A DNA stretch of 35,085 bases. Source: Octopus bimaculoides (taxonomy: Eukaryota). Position 1 is the stretch's first letter. Each line of letters begins with the position of its first letter. The notes below the pieces were generated by a model. That model did not search any database. It was not told the origin of the DNA and worked only from the letters and a program-made list of their open reading frames with translations. Below, in pieces: positions 25,827-35,085 of the stretch. Both the position numbers and the translations under genes were made by a program. Location: positions 7,693,346 to 7,728,430 of the forward strand of contig NC_068993.1 of assembly GCF_001194135.2 (NCBI RefSeq). Reading direction: 5' to 3'.

Positions 25827-26195
25827 GGAGGCGCAATGGCCCAGTGGTTAGGGTTGCGGACTCGCAGTCATAGGATCTCGGTTTCGATTAACGGACTGGG
25901 CGTTGTGAGTGTTTATTGACCGAAAACGCCTAGAGCCCCGCGAGACTCCGGCAGGGGGTGATGGCGAACCCTGCTGTACTCTTTCATCACAAATTTCTCT
26001 TCCTCTTTCTGTTGTACCTGTATTTCAAAGACCCAGCCTTGTCACACACTTTGTCACGCTGAATCCCCCTGAGAACTACGTTAAGGGTACACGTGTCTGT
26101 GGAGTGCTCAGCCACTTGCACGTTAACTTCACGAGCAGGCTGTTCCGTTGATCGGATCAACTGCAACCCTCGTCGTCGTAACCGACGGAGTGCCA
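25827..26195 (+). mobile_element. tRNA-derived SINE family C, full length
   Basis: A-box TGGCCCAGTGG (25837-25847), degenerate B-box GGTTTCGATT (25880), and a 3' block shared with 16998-17300. Possible decayed TSD: tacttctgtgt (25814-25824) and tatttctatgt (26199-26209), 9/11 identical. Confidence 0.9.
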
Positions 26196-26229
26196 TAGTA
26201 TTTCTATGTATTCGTTTCAAATTTTGGCT

Positions 26230-26348
26230 CAAGGAGGTAGCAAGTAGGTCGATTACAATGGCCCCAGTGCTAAACTGGTGATTATTTTATTGACCCCGAA
26301 AGGAACAAAGGCAAAGTCGACCTCGGCGGAATTTGAACCCAGAACGTA
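26230..26348 (-). mobile_element. SINE family B fragment
   Basis: ttattttattgaccccgaaagg..caaaggcaaagtcgacctcggcggaatttgaacccagaacgt. Confidence 0.85.
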
Positions 26349-26594
26349 GAGATGTTAATATCTCTACTAACATTGATTTCTAACATTAGTATAAGTTTGG
26401 AAAATTTTTGTGGAAGAATTTACATTGCTAATTTGACAAAATTCTGTACTTGGCTGGTGCGTTATTTTAGAGTTCCTCAAAAGATGCGTGCCAAAATCGC
26501 TTCCCCGTGATTTGAACTCAGAACACAAACGTGCGTTTCTTAGTTCCACCGTATTACAGTTTCTCTTATCTACCTTCCAATTTCTCTTTCCTAT

Positions 26595-26798
26595 TCTAAG
26601 TACAAGGCCGGAAATTTTGGGGGAGGGGGCTAGCCGATTAGATCGGCCCCAGTATGCTACTGGTCTTATTTAATCGACTCCGAAAGGATGAAAGGCAAAG
26701 TCGACCTCGGCGGAATTTGAAATCAGTACGTACAGACAGACGAAATACCGCTAAGCATTTCACCCGGCGTGCTAACGATTCTGCCACCTCGCCGCCTT
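26595..26798 (-). mobile_element. SINE family B, best-preserved copy
   Basis: The minus strand reads aaggcggcgaggtggcagaatcgttagc (A-box) ... ttcaaattcc (B-box-like), then gtcgactttgcctttcatcctttcggagtcgattaaataag. From memory this resembles the conserved central domain of Meta/Deu-type SINEs (unverified). Confidence 0.9.
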
Positions 26799-26828
26799 CT
26801 ACCTCCCAAATACTGCCATTAACACCCC

Positions 26829-27174
26829 TGGCCACCTAACACCCCTGACTGCAACCCCGTTGTTTATTATGTGTGGGACGCAGTTGGGCCAGAGACCAAC
26901 AAAACTCCTTGTAACACGAAAGATGAACTGAAGGCAAGGATTATCGCAGCATTCGCCAAGTTAAACAAAGAGACCTCCCCAAATAAGTTGCAGGAGATAC
27001 CAAAGTCGTCTGGAAACCGTGGTTGAAGCCAATGGCGATTTTATTCAATAAATTTACTCTTTAGTATTTCATGAGATTTTTATGTTATTTTGGTAAATAT
27101 ATCTGTTAAAATGATCTCAGTGTTATTTTTATTTTGGAGTAATTTAGACGACAATTTATTCGCCGCATTCAGTA
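26829..27174 (+). mobile_element. Tc1/mariner DNA transposon 3' fragment (transposase C-terminus, 3' UTR, right end)
   Basis: WPPNTPDCNPVVYYVWDAVGPETNKTPCNTKDELKARIIAAF...; after a frameshift, CRRYQSRLETVVEANGDFIQ* (stop 27049-27051). Matches the WPPxSPDLNPLDYxVW / RLxAVxxAxG motifs. Ends ...ttcag|TA at 27172-27174. Confidence 0.85.
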
Positions 27175-27249
27175 TATATAGTGTCTTTTTTCTATGAATC
27201 TAACATTTCTATAAATGTGTAGGGATGTTCTCTCTTTCACTCACTCTTT

Positions 27250-27285
<36 letters not shown>

Positions 27286-27674
27286 NNNNNNNNNNNNNNN
27301 NNNNNNNNNNNNNNNNNNNNNNNNNNNNNNNNNNNNNNNNNNNNNNNNNNNNNNNNNNNNNNNNNNNNNNNNNNNNNNNNNNNNNNNNNNNNNNNNNNNN
27401 NNNNNNNNNNNNNNNNNNNNNNNNNNNNNNNNNNNNNNNNNNNNNNNNNNNNNNNNNNNNNNNNNNNNNNNNNNNNNNNNNNNNNNNNNNNNNNNNNNNN
27501 NNNNNNNNNNNNNNNNNNNNNNNNNNNNNNNNNNNNNNNNNNNNNNNNNNNNNNNNNNNNNNNNNNNNNNNNNNNNNNNNNNNNNNNNNNNNNNNNNNNN
27601 NNNNNNNNNNNNNNNNNNNNNNNNNNNNNNNNNNNNNNNNNNNNNNNNNNNNNNNNNNNNNNNNNNNNNNNNNN

Positions 27675-27735
<61 letters not shown>

Positions 27736-27843
27736 AATGCAACTATCTTCGACCTTGTCATATACAGGATATAATCTCTTTATTGTTTCATTGAAACATT
27801 TCTTTAATCTACAAATACATTTAGAAGTACACACACAGACACA

Positions 27844-27887
<44 letters not shown>

Positions 27888-27888
27888 G

Positions 27889-27925
<37 letters not shown>

Positions 27926-28214
27926 CATATGTCTATGTATGAATATATGTATAGCTGTACGTATGCATGTATTTATAGGTGTATGTATGTATGTATAATG
28001 ATAACAGCGACGTTGACAGTTGTAACTGTGTCCCATCAGTAATACTTTCATGTGTAGATTCAACATATTTTATCATTCACTTTGATTGATACGTTTCCGT
28101 CCAATGGACATGACTTCTGAATTAAAGTACATGTATTAGTTTCATTCATGTTTTCGTAATACCGATGTACTGATGTACGGCTCTATACTCTTTAATTACT
28201 ATATACATACACAC

Positions 28215-28252
<38 letters not shown>

Positions 28253-29131
28253 NNNNNNNNNNNNNNNNNNNNNNNNNNNNNNNNNNNNNNNNNNNNNNNN
28301 NNNNNNNNNNNNNNNNNNNNNNNNNNNNNNNNNNNNNNNNNNNNNNNNNNNNNNNNNNNNNNNNNNNNNNNNNNNNNNNNNNNNNNNNNNNNNNNNNNNN
28401 NNNNNNNNNNNNNNNNNNNNNNNNNNNNNNNNNNNNNNNNNNNNNNNNNNNNNNNNNNNNNNNNNNNNNNNNNNNNNNNNNNNNNNNNNNNNNNNNNNNN
28501 NNNNNNNNNNNNNNNNNNNNNNNNNNNNNNNNNNNNNNNNNNNNNNNNNNNNNNNNNNNNNNNNNNNNNNNNNNNNNNNNNNNNNNNNNNNNNNNNNNNN
28601 NNNNNNNNNNNNNNNNNNNNNNNNNNNNNNNNNNNNNNNNNNNNNNNNNNNNNNNNNNNNNNNNNNNNNNNNNNNNNNNNNNNNNNNNNNNNNNNNNNNN
28701 NNNNNNNNNNNNNNNNNNNNNNNNNNNNNNNNNNNNNNNNNNNNNNNNNNNNNNNNNNNNNNNNNNNNNNNNNNNNNNNNNNNNNNNNNNNNNNNNNNNN
28801 NNNNNNNNNNNNNNNNNNNNNNNNNNNNNNNNNNNNNNNNNNNNNNNNNNNNNNNNNNNNNNNNNNNNNNNNNNNNNNNNNNNNNNNNNNNNNNNNNNNN
28901 NNNNNNNNNNNNNNNNNNNNNNNNNNNNNNNNNNNNNNNNNNNNNNNNNNNNNNNNNNNNNNNNNNNNNNNNNNNNNNNNNNNNNNNNNNNNNNNNNNNN
29001 NNNNNNNNNNNNNNNNNNNNNNNNNNNNNNNNNNNNNNNNNNNNNNNNNNNNNNNNNNNNNNNNNNNNNNNNNNNNNNNNNNNNNNNNNNNNNNNNNNNN
29101 NNNNNNNNNNNNNNNNNNNNNNNNNNNNNNN

Positions 29132-29189
29132 GAAGAAGAAGAAGAAGAAGAAGAAGAAGAAGAAGAAGAAGAAGAAGAAGAAGAAGAAG
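29132..29189. repeat. (GAA)n microsatellite at gap edge
   Basis: Seen directly. Confidence 0.95.
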
Positions 29190-29558
29190 AATGTATACAT
29201 TCCTTTCTTTAGAGGGAAAATGTGTTGTTATTTTTTTATTTTTTATTATTTATCCTCATTGGTGAATTTATTTTCCAATAAGGCACCGATAGTAATGGTC
29301 AAAGAATTTTGTCCAAGTAAAGGGAAACTACAAAACAAGAAAATGAATATTTTGTGTATTCAAATTCAAATGACAAACAACATTAACCAATCCCTAAACA
29401 ATATTATTATAAAGGGGTTCAAAAGAGAATGAAAATGGATTTTGCTTTTTAAATCTAAAACATAAAAATGTGACGTCATTAATAATATTAAATGATATTG
29501 AAAAAAATATCAATTTGTGAAAGAAAATTTTTGCATTATTATAGAATCACGCATTCAT

Positions 29559-29890
29559 ATGGATCTTAAAGTGATGGCCGACAGTTGGATCTTAAGAAAA
29601 ACAGCCGTCCTTGTACATGAAGGAAACATGCGTCATAGCAGAAAACGTAATACAATTCCTAACGGAATACTTCATGAAGATGGGCGAAGGAATTATGGGA
29701 CAATGATATTTAGGTTCAGTTCCCATAAGGCAGAGCAAGTAGGAAATGCCGCAAGGGATGACTTCAAAGATATTATGAAATACTTAATTTTACTTCTTAA
29801 TCGCATCAAAAAGGACTCGTTTTGGCGAATTGGGGAGTTTAGTTTTCTGGAGATTTGGCGAAAGAAATATCGTTTGGGCATGTGTAGCTG
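29559..29890 (+). mobile_element. Possible DNA-transposase C-terminal remnant plus subterminal sequence
   Basis: VMADSWILRK...RHSRKRN resembles the W..MMADYCW.LKR...RKR C-terminus of a widespread invertebrate transposase family (recalled; superfamily not assigned). Confidence 0.3.
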
Positions 29891-30174
29891 AGTGTTTTAC
29901 TGTAAGATTCTTTTCTCAAGCATAAAATCTCTTTAACATGAAGGGTGCAGTAAAATCAAAATAAAATAAGCAATTTTTGTGTACTAGCTTTAGTCTTTAT
30001 AAACTAAAGATAAACTAATGATACATCTGTAGTATATTCTGGATTAGCTATTTTATGGCTGCTACAGTCAAAGTGGATGGAGATTTTGTCTTCTTTTCTT
30101 TTCTTCTCGTTTCACTTCTTACGTCAACTTCTCGTTTTTTTTTTTTTTCTCATGTTTTCTCATAGACCAGCATT

Positions 30175-30540
30175 CTGTAGCCTCGGCACGACCTTGTGAG
30201 TGGATGTGGTAGACGGAAACTGAATCCAAACAAAGAAGAGCAAACAAGAAAAAACAAAAACGCGTGGATGTGGTACTAATAATGTATTATTAGGCGCTCA
30301 GAAAAGGAAAGAAAGAGGATTTAACTTTCGAGCTAAGCTCTTCTTCAGAAATAGAGGAAAGTCCAAAAGAAGGGAAGACGGAGGAAGAAAATCGCCAACG
30401 ATGGACACATGGTTACATCGTTGAAATGGCCGGAAGGGAAAGGGTGAAGAAAAAAAATATATATGTAAATATATACCTATGTATTTGTCCCATCCTCCAT
30501 CGTTTGTCAACCGATGTTGGTGTGTTTACGCCCCCGTAAG
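30175..30540 (+). mobile_element. SINE family A fragments (30175-30230 and 30480-30540) separated by unrelated sequence
   Basis: agcctcgg...ccttgtgagtggatgtggtagacggaaactgaa and gtatttgtccc...aaccgatgttggtgtgtttacgcccccgtaa. Confidence 0.75.
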
Positions 30541-30591
30541 NNNNNNNNNNNNNNNNNNNNNNNNNNNNNNNNNNNNNNNNNNNNNNNNNNN

Positions 30592-30623
<32 letters not shown>

Positions 30624-31119
30624 GTACACACTCATATATGTATGGGGTATCGTATTCGAGTGTTTGTGTGTAATGATATGCATCTGATTTCTGTGTCTAT
30701 ACGTAGACAACGGTGTGCGAGACTATGCAACAAATGAACATATCTGATAGCATTGTGCGTTTCAGTCGATCGTGCAAAAAAGTAATATATTTGATTGTGT
30801 GTAAGAGGAGGGGAAAAATAAAACATGTTTCTCGTAAAACAACAATGGATATCATAAAAGGTTGTGTCAAATTGACGTGAATGCGTGTGAAGTACAATTT
30901 GTTATTGAGAAAACAAATAGGTAAAATTTACTACGATGGAATTATAAAGTCAAATACACCATAGATAAAACAGAATTTATCTGTTTAGAACAAATTGTGT
31001 TGGAGTGAATGAAATGGAATAAAAGTTGGTTCATGAAAAATTTTGGAATGTCAGAATAATGATTAAGCTAAAAGTAAGCTGGATAAGAATTTGTGTCATA
31101 AATTATATTCTTATGGTGA

Positions 31120-31340
31120 GGAAAATGTGTGACTGTGTGGTCAGGAGTTTTTTGGGGTTTTTTTTTTTTGCAACCACGTTTCCGGTTTCAGTTCCATTCC
31201 GTAGCACACTGAGCAAGTGTGTTCTAATCTAGACTCGGGCCGACCAAAGACTTATGGGAGGATTTGTTAGACGGAAACTGAAAGAATCCTGTCGTGCATA
31301 CATACACATATATTTGTGTGTGTGTGTGTATGTGTGTGTG
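31120..31340 (+). mobile_element. SINE family A 5' half
   Basis: gactgtgtggtcaggag...caaccac...ccggtttcagttcc...gagcaagtgt...ctcgggccgaccaaagac...agacggaaactgaaagaa, then (TG)n. Confidence 0.8.
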
Positions 31341-32285
31341 GGGTCTGAATGTGTCTTAGAGTGTGACTCATCAGAGTCCGTCTTGTGCACGGTGGACAGC
31401 GTCCGTTTACTTTATTAAAAGATATTAATTTCCTTAAGAAAAATGTGGTTAGAATTTTAATAAAGAAATCATAGATTTAAAGTAGTTTATATTTCTGAAG
31501 ATTCACGATAGGATGATTTCTTGGTGTCGTTTTTAAAGTGTCGGTGGTGAAATTCAAAGTTGGTGGTCGTTTTACTGCTGTCTGTTAATCAACGAAATTT
31601 TTTTTCTTACAATTTCTTTCAAATGCACAAACACCTCTAAGTGTAATAATGTTCTTAGTGCAAAAATGTATGGAGTTGAATATAAACTTTGAATATTTTA
31701 TTGTAGAGTAGCATATGGGATTTCTGGTTGAGAGTGAGCGTTTTATTTGAGCTTAAAAGACATATGGAGTTATTTGTGATAGGGTGAATAAATTTGAATG
31801 GAATTATTCTAATCTGCATCTCATATTTAAACTTTGATAATGGATATAACTGTAATCAAGTGTTTACACATTAAGTTTAGTGAACGTTTCATTGTCGTGA
31901 CTTCTGGTCTCCTTAAAAACCTGGTCGTTTGAAATTTAAGTAGATATATTCTAGGAAAACATTTTTGTTTTAAATTCTCAACACTTTGGGGGTGATAATG
32001 GTGTTTATGAATACTTTAATGGTATACAATTTTTAAACATTTATAATGGGAGTTCATATTGCAGAAGAAAAATTTAGATTGTAAAAGAATGAAATTTAAG
32101 AACATTTGAATTAGCTTCAACAGTTGTAGAGAAAAACATGTGTGAAAAACTATGGAGGTTTTTTTATGAATATTATCATCTGTGTTGGGTGTTAAAGTTA
32201 CGTTATAAACTCACAGGAATTTAATGTGTAATTTGTTTAAAATATCAAATTCAACTGTGCTGCTGATATTAACACAATATTTCGA
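31341..32285 (-). mobile_element. Decayed Penelope-like retroelement 3' portion (GIY-YIG remnant and degenerate hammerhead)
   Basis: The minus strand gives VYNVTLTPNTDDNIHKKTSIV (32210-32148; GIY-YIG-like VY...YIG), IPYATLQ*NI...TPY (from 31721) and RCLCI*KK (from 31636; cf. KRCxLCLxEK), and ends at a CUGAUGA-GUC..GAC motif. Confidence 0.5.
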
Positions 32286-32332
32286 TCCAATTCTGACATC
32301 GAAGGTATTTTATTTCATGATCATATACATAA

Positions 32333-32860
32333 AATTATGGGCCTATATCTGCGACTTCACACATCAGTAAAGTCATGGAACGAATAGTCAGAGGGTAAGT
32401 AATCGCATTCCTTGAAGAAAACGACTTGCTGAGTGATACCCAGCATCGTTTTCGACCAGGTAGGAGCTATATCAGGCAGCTCCTACAGCACTATAACTGA
32501 GTGTTGAAGTAGTTACTTGACAACTCAAATGTGGATGTAATGTGCCTTGACTTTGCAAAAGATTTTGATAAAGTCGATCATGATATGATATGCTACAAAC
32601 TGCATAGCTGGAAAGCTTGGAGAGTGGTTACATGACTTTCTGAAAGATAAAAGTCAGGCAGTGCTGGCCAAGGGTGCCACCTCAAAGGAAACACAAATAG
32701 TGAGTGGTGTTCCACAGAATGCCGTCTTAAGACCATTGCTTTTCATAGTGGCCCTCGTAGATATGCCGTCAGCTTCCCGGATAGTCACCCTTGCTAGCTC
32801 CGAGACGACACGAAAGTCTTGCAGAAAATACAAAACATTGCTTAACAAAGCCATCGTAAT
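32333..32860 (+). mobile_element. CR1-type LINE reverse-transcriptase fragment with stops and frameshifts
   Basis: NYGPISATSHISKVMERIV...QHRFRPGRS..QLL...DVMCLDFAKDFDKVDH...GEWLHDFL...SGVPQNAVLRPLLF...DDTK: the canonical NYRPISL, QHGFR, LDFAKAFDKV, GVPQG.VLGPLLF and (Y/F)ADD motifs. Confidence 0.95.
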
Positions 32861-32934
32861 NNNNNNNNNNGTATGTATGTATGTATGTATGTATGTATGT
32901 ATGTATGTATGTTTATATATTCAGCTCACATACA

Positions 32935-33090
32935 CATCCTCGTAACTTAAAGTTTCGGCAAAAGAAAAGCGATAGCATAAGTACCGACTATAAAATTATA
33001 AATACCGCACTCAATTTGTTCAACTAAACCCTTCCTGGCAGTGCCCCAACATGGCCGCAGTCCATGGATTCAAACAAGCTAGTAAAACAT
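32935..33090 (+). mobile_element. SINE family A 3' half
   Basis: cgtaactta..gtttcggcaaaaga...gatagcataagtac...atttgttcaactaaa...ggcagtgccccaacatggccgcagtc. Confidence 0.8.
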
Positions 33091-33625
33091 AGATGGCAAA
33101 AGATTAACGTTCATCCCATAGTAGAGATCTTAACACATACATTTTTGCTAGAACGCCATGCGATAGATTTCTGAACACGGCTTAAGATTCGTATTTCATA
33201 AACAGTTCATGTTTATTTTTTTCATTTATTAATAACATAAAATATATATTGAATATATCTATTAATACTGATATAAATTTTCATTCTGTGTTTAATGTAA
33301 ATTAAATATTTATCTTAGAACAAATTTTGTAGAGATACATCTTAAAAAGTTAACATTCTTTTTTTCCAACTTAATAATAATCATGAATTTTTGTTCAACT
33401 TCCTAACTAAAATTAATCCATTTTAAATTAGAAATAATATTTTATTGACATTCTGCTAAAATCATTTAAATTTCATTTTCTAATTCCAATTATCAGTGGC
33501 CATCAATAAATATTTTTATACAAAAGAATACTATTGTTTTCAAAGTTACAGAAATTATATTCATATGTGTGTATTTAAGTCGTTATACTAATTAAAATTA
33601 TATATATATATATACAATATATAAT

Positions 33626-33752
33626 GCAAATAATTAGAAAATGGAGAAAAACATTGATTAACCAGCACATCGATTGGACCATATTATAAAGCTTGGTCCA
33701 ATCGAAGTGCTGGTGGCTTGTCTATATTTTTCTCCATTTTCTAATTATTTGC
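33626..33752. other. 127-nt foldback (inverted repeat); candidate pre-miRNA, dsRNA hairpin or MITE
   Basis: 33626-33651 is the exact reverse complement of 33727-33752 (26 bp). 33661-33681 pairs with 33694-33714 (20/21). Loop of 12 nt. Confidence 0.85.
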
Positions 33753-34068
33753 CTTGGTTCCTGATAAGCTTTTGTTTATCCTATTGTTACCTGCGTTCGA
33801 CATATGGTGACCTTACATACCATTGCCCGGGGATAACACAGGTAACGGATACATCGCAAAGGAATTGTCTAGAGATATATACCAGCCATATACATATATA
33901 GAGTCGTAGGTGAAAGCAATATAATGCAACAGAGATTTATACAGAATCATGGGGTGCAAACTAACCGGGATATAATATATTTTGGCTTTGATGAGTGGTT
34001 GTCTCTTTCTCATCTCCCTCTCTCTCCCTCCCTCCCTCCCTCTCTCCCTCTTTCCCTGTATATAGAAA

Positions 34069-34108
<40 letters not shown>

Positions 34109-35085
34109 ATGTGTGTGTGTGTGTGTCTATGTATACATATATAAACCAAAATGCACATGTTTCCAATTGTTATGGCAGTGTAGATGCGTCCAACTCTGCA
34201 TTCCTGTATTCGACATGGCTTGAGAATAGCCATCATAACACCAGACTGGCTAATAAGTTGAATCCGCCCCACCATATAAATTTTTTTGCATTCCTCTCTC
34301 TAAGTTTGATGAAAAGAATTGGGAGCGTCGAATTGCGTAATAGGGCGCACCGGCTTACGTGATAGTACCTCATATATTCTTCAATTTTTGCTTGAGATTT
34401 AAACTGAGAGAAACCTATTTGCTATTTCTAGCAAACTTCTCGAAAATGTAGAGGCTACATTTTTTTACAGTGGGCCTGTATTACGTAATCTGTGGGGTGA
34501 AATAAATTTTGAAAGCAGGATTATTTATGTAAGAAACACTGTCCTCATACAATGCAATATTTTTAATTGATTCGATATAATAAATGCTGGATTCTTCAAA
34601 GGAATACAACCCATTTAGTTATATTTAAAGGCAAACCTTTTTTCATTCATTACTAACCAGAGTTAAACAACGATGAGGAATTATGAATCGTTATTGCGTA
34701 ATTTGATTTAAAGAAAATAAAAGGGGCCATTGTGAGGAATCAAGGCCTTACCATTCTGTAAAGGGAACAAATTTGTCCCTTTGTTTTTTTGATTTTATAT
34801 GTTATTTACATAGATCGTCTCATAAGTGCACACGCGCAGACTCACGCAAGTGCGCATACGCACATACGCAGGCCTAGAAAGTGAGACAGAGGAAGAGAGA
34901 GGGAGGGAGAGAGAGGGATGGAGAGAGAGATGGTGAGAGAGAGAGTGGGATAGAGAAATGGGAAGTAAGAGTGAGACACACATACGCACACAAAACACAC
35001 ACTAACTCCCATGTTATACACACACATTTACATTTACTTGCATCAATGCGCTCTGATGATTATACGAAAGGGTTTATATATATAT

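Noticed and set aside
25827-25900. tRNA gene-like A/B boxes
   Set aside because: They are the heads of SINEs; no complete cloverleaf could be built.
11765-29432. Long ORFs containing X-runs
   Set aside because: They are open only because they cross N-gaps, and the flanks are dinucleotide repeats.
34173-34181. tggcagtgt, identical to the miR-34 5' end
   Set aside because: The remaining sequence does not match miR-34 and there is no complementary arm.
35053-35075. CTGATGA-ttatac-GAAA hammerhead-like core
   Set aside because: Stem II cannot pair (T..C), and the sequence after the putative cleavage site is (AT)n rather than the complement of the upstream gcgct. It also sits at the window edge.

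Overview
Eukaryotic, AT-rich, non-coding-looking window from a gapped draft assembly (10 N-gaps, most with a microsatellite on at least one side). The SINE families and very high microsatellite density suggest a coleoid cephalopod (octopus-like) genome; this is pattern recognition, not a database result. No convincing host protein-coding gene, rRNA, tRNA or CRISPR array was found. Nearly all ORFs in the supplied track are artefacts of simple repeats or N-gaps. The content is a transposon graveyard: many copies of three to four tRNA-derived SINE families, two CR1-type LINE ORF2 fragments, a probable LINE zinc-knuckle 3' end, a Tc1/mariner transposase C-terminus with its right end, a probable pogo/Tigger-like MITE, a decayed Penelope-like element with GIY-YIG remnants and a degenerate hammerhead motif, and another DNA-transposase remnant. 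The most notable non-TE signal is a 127-nt near-perfect foldback at 33626-33752 (candidate pre-miRNA, endo-siRNA, ADAR substrate or MITE). A few unique islands could be exons of an unseen host gene. TE boundaries are approximate and family names come from recalled motifs.
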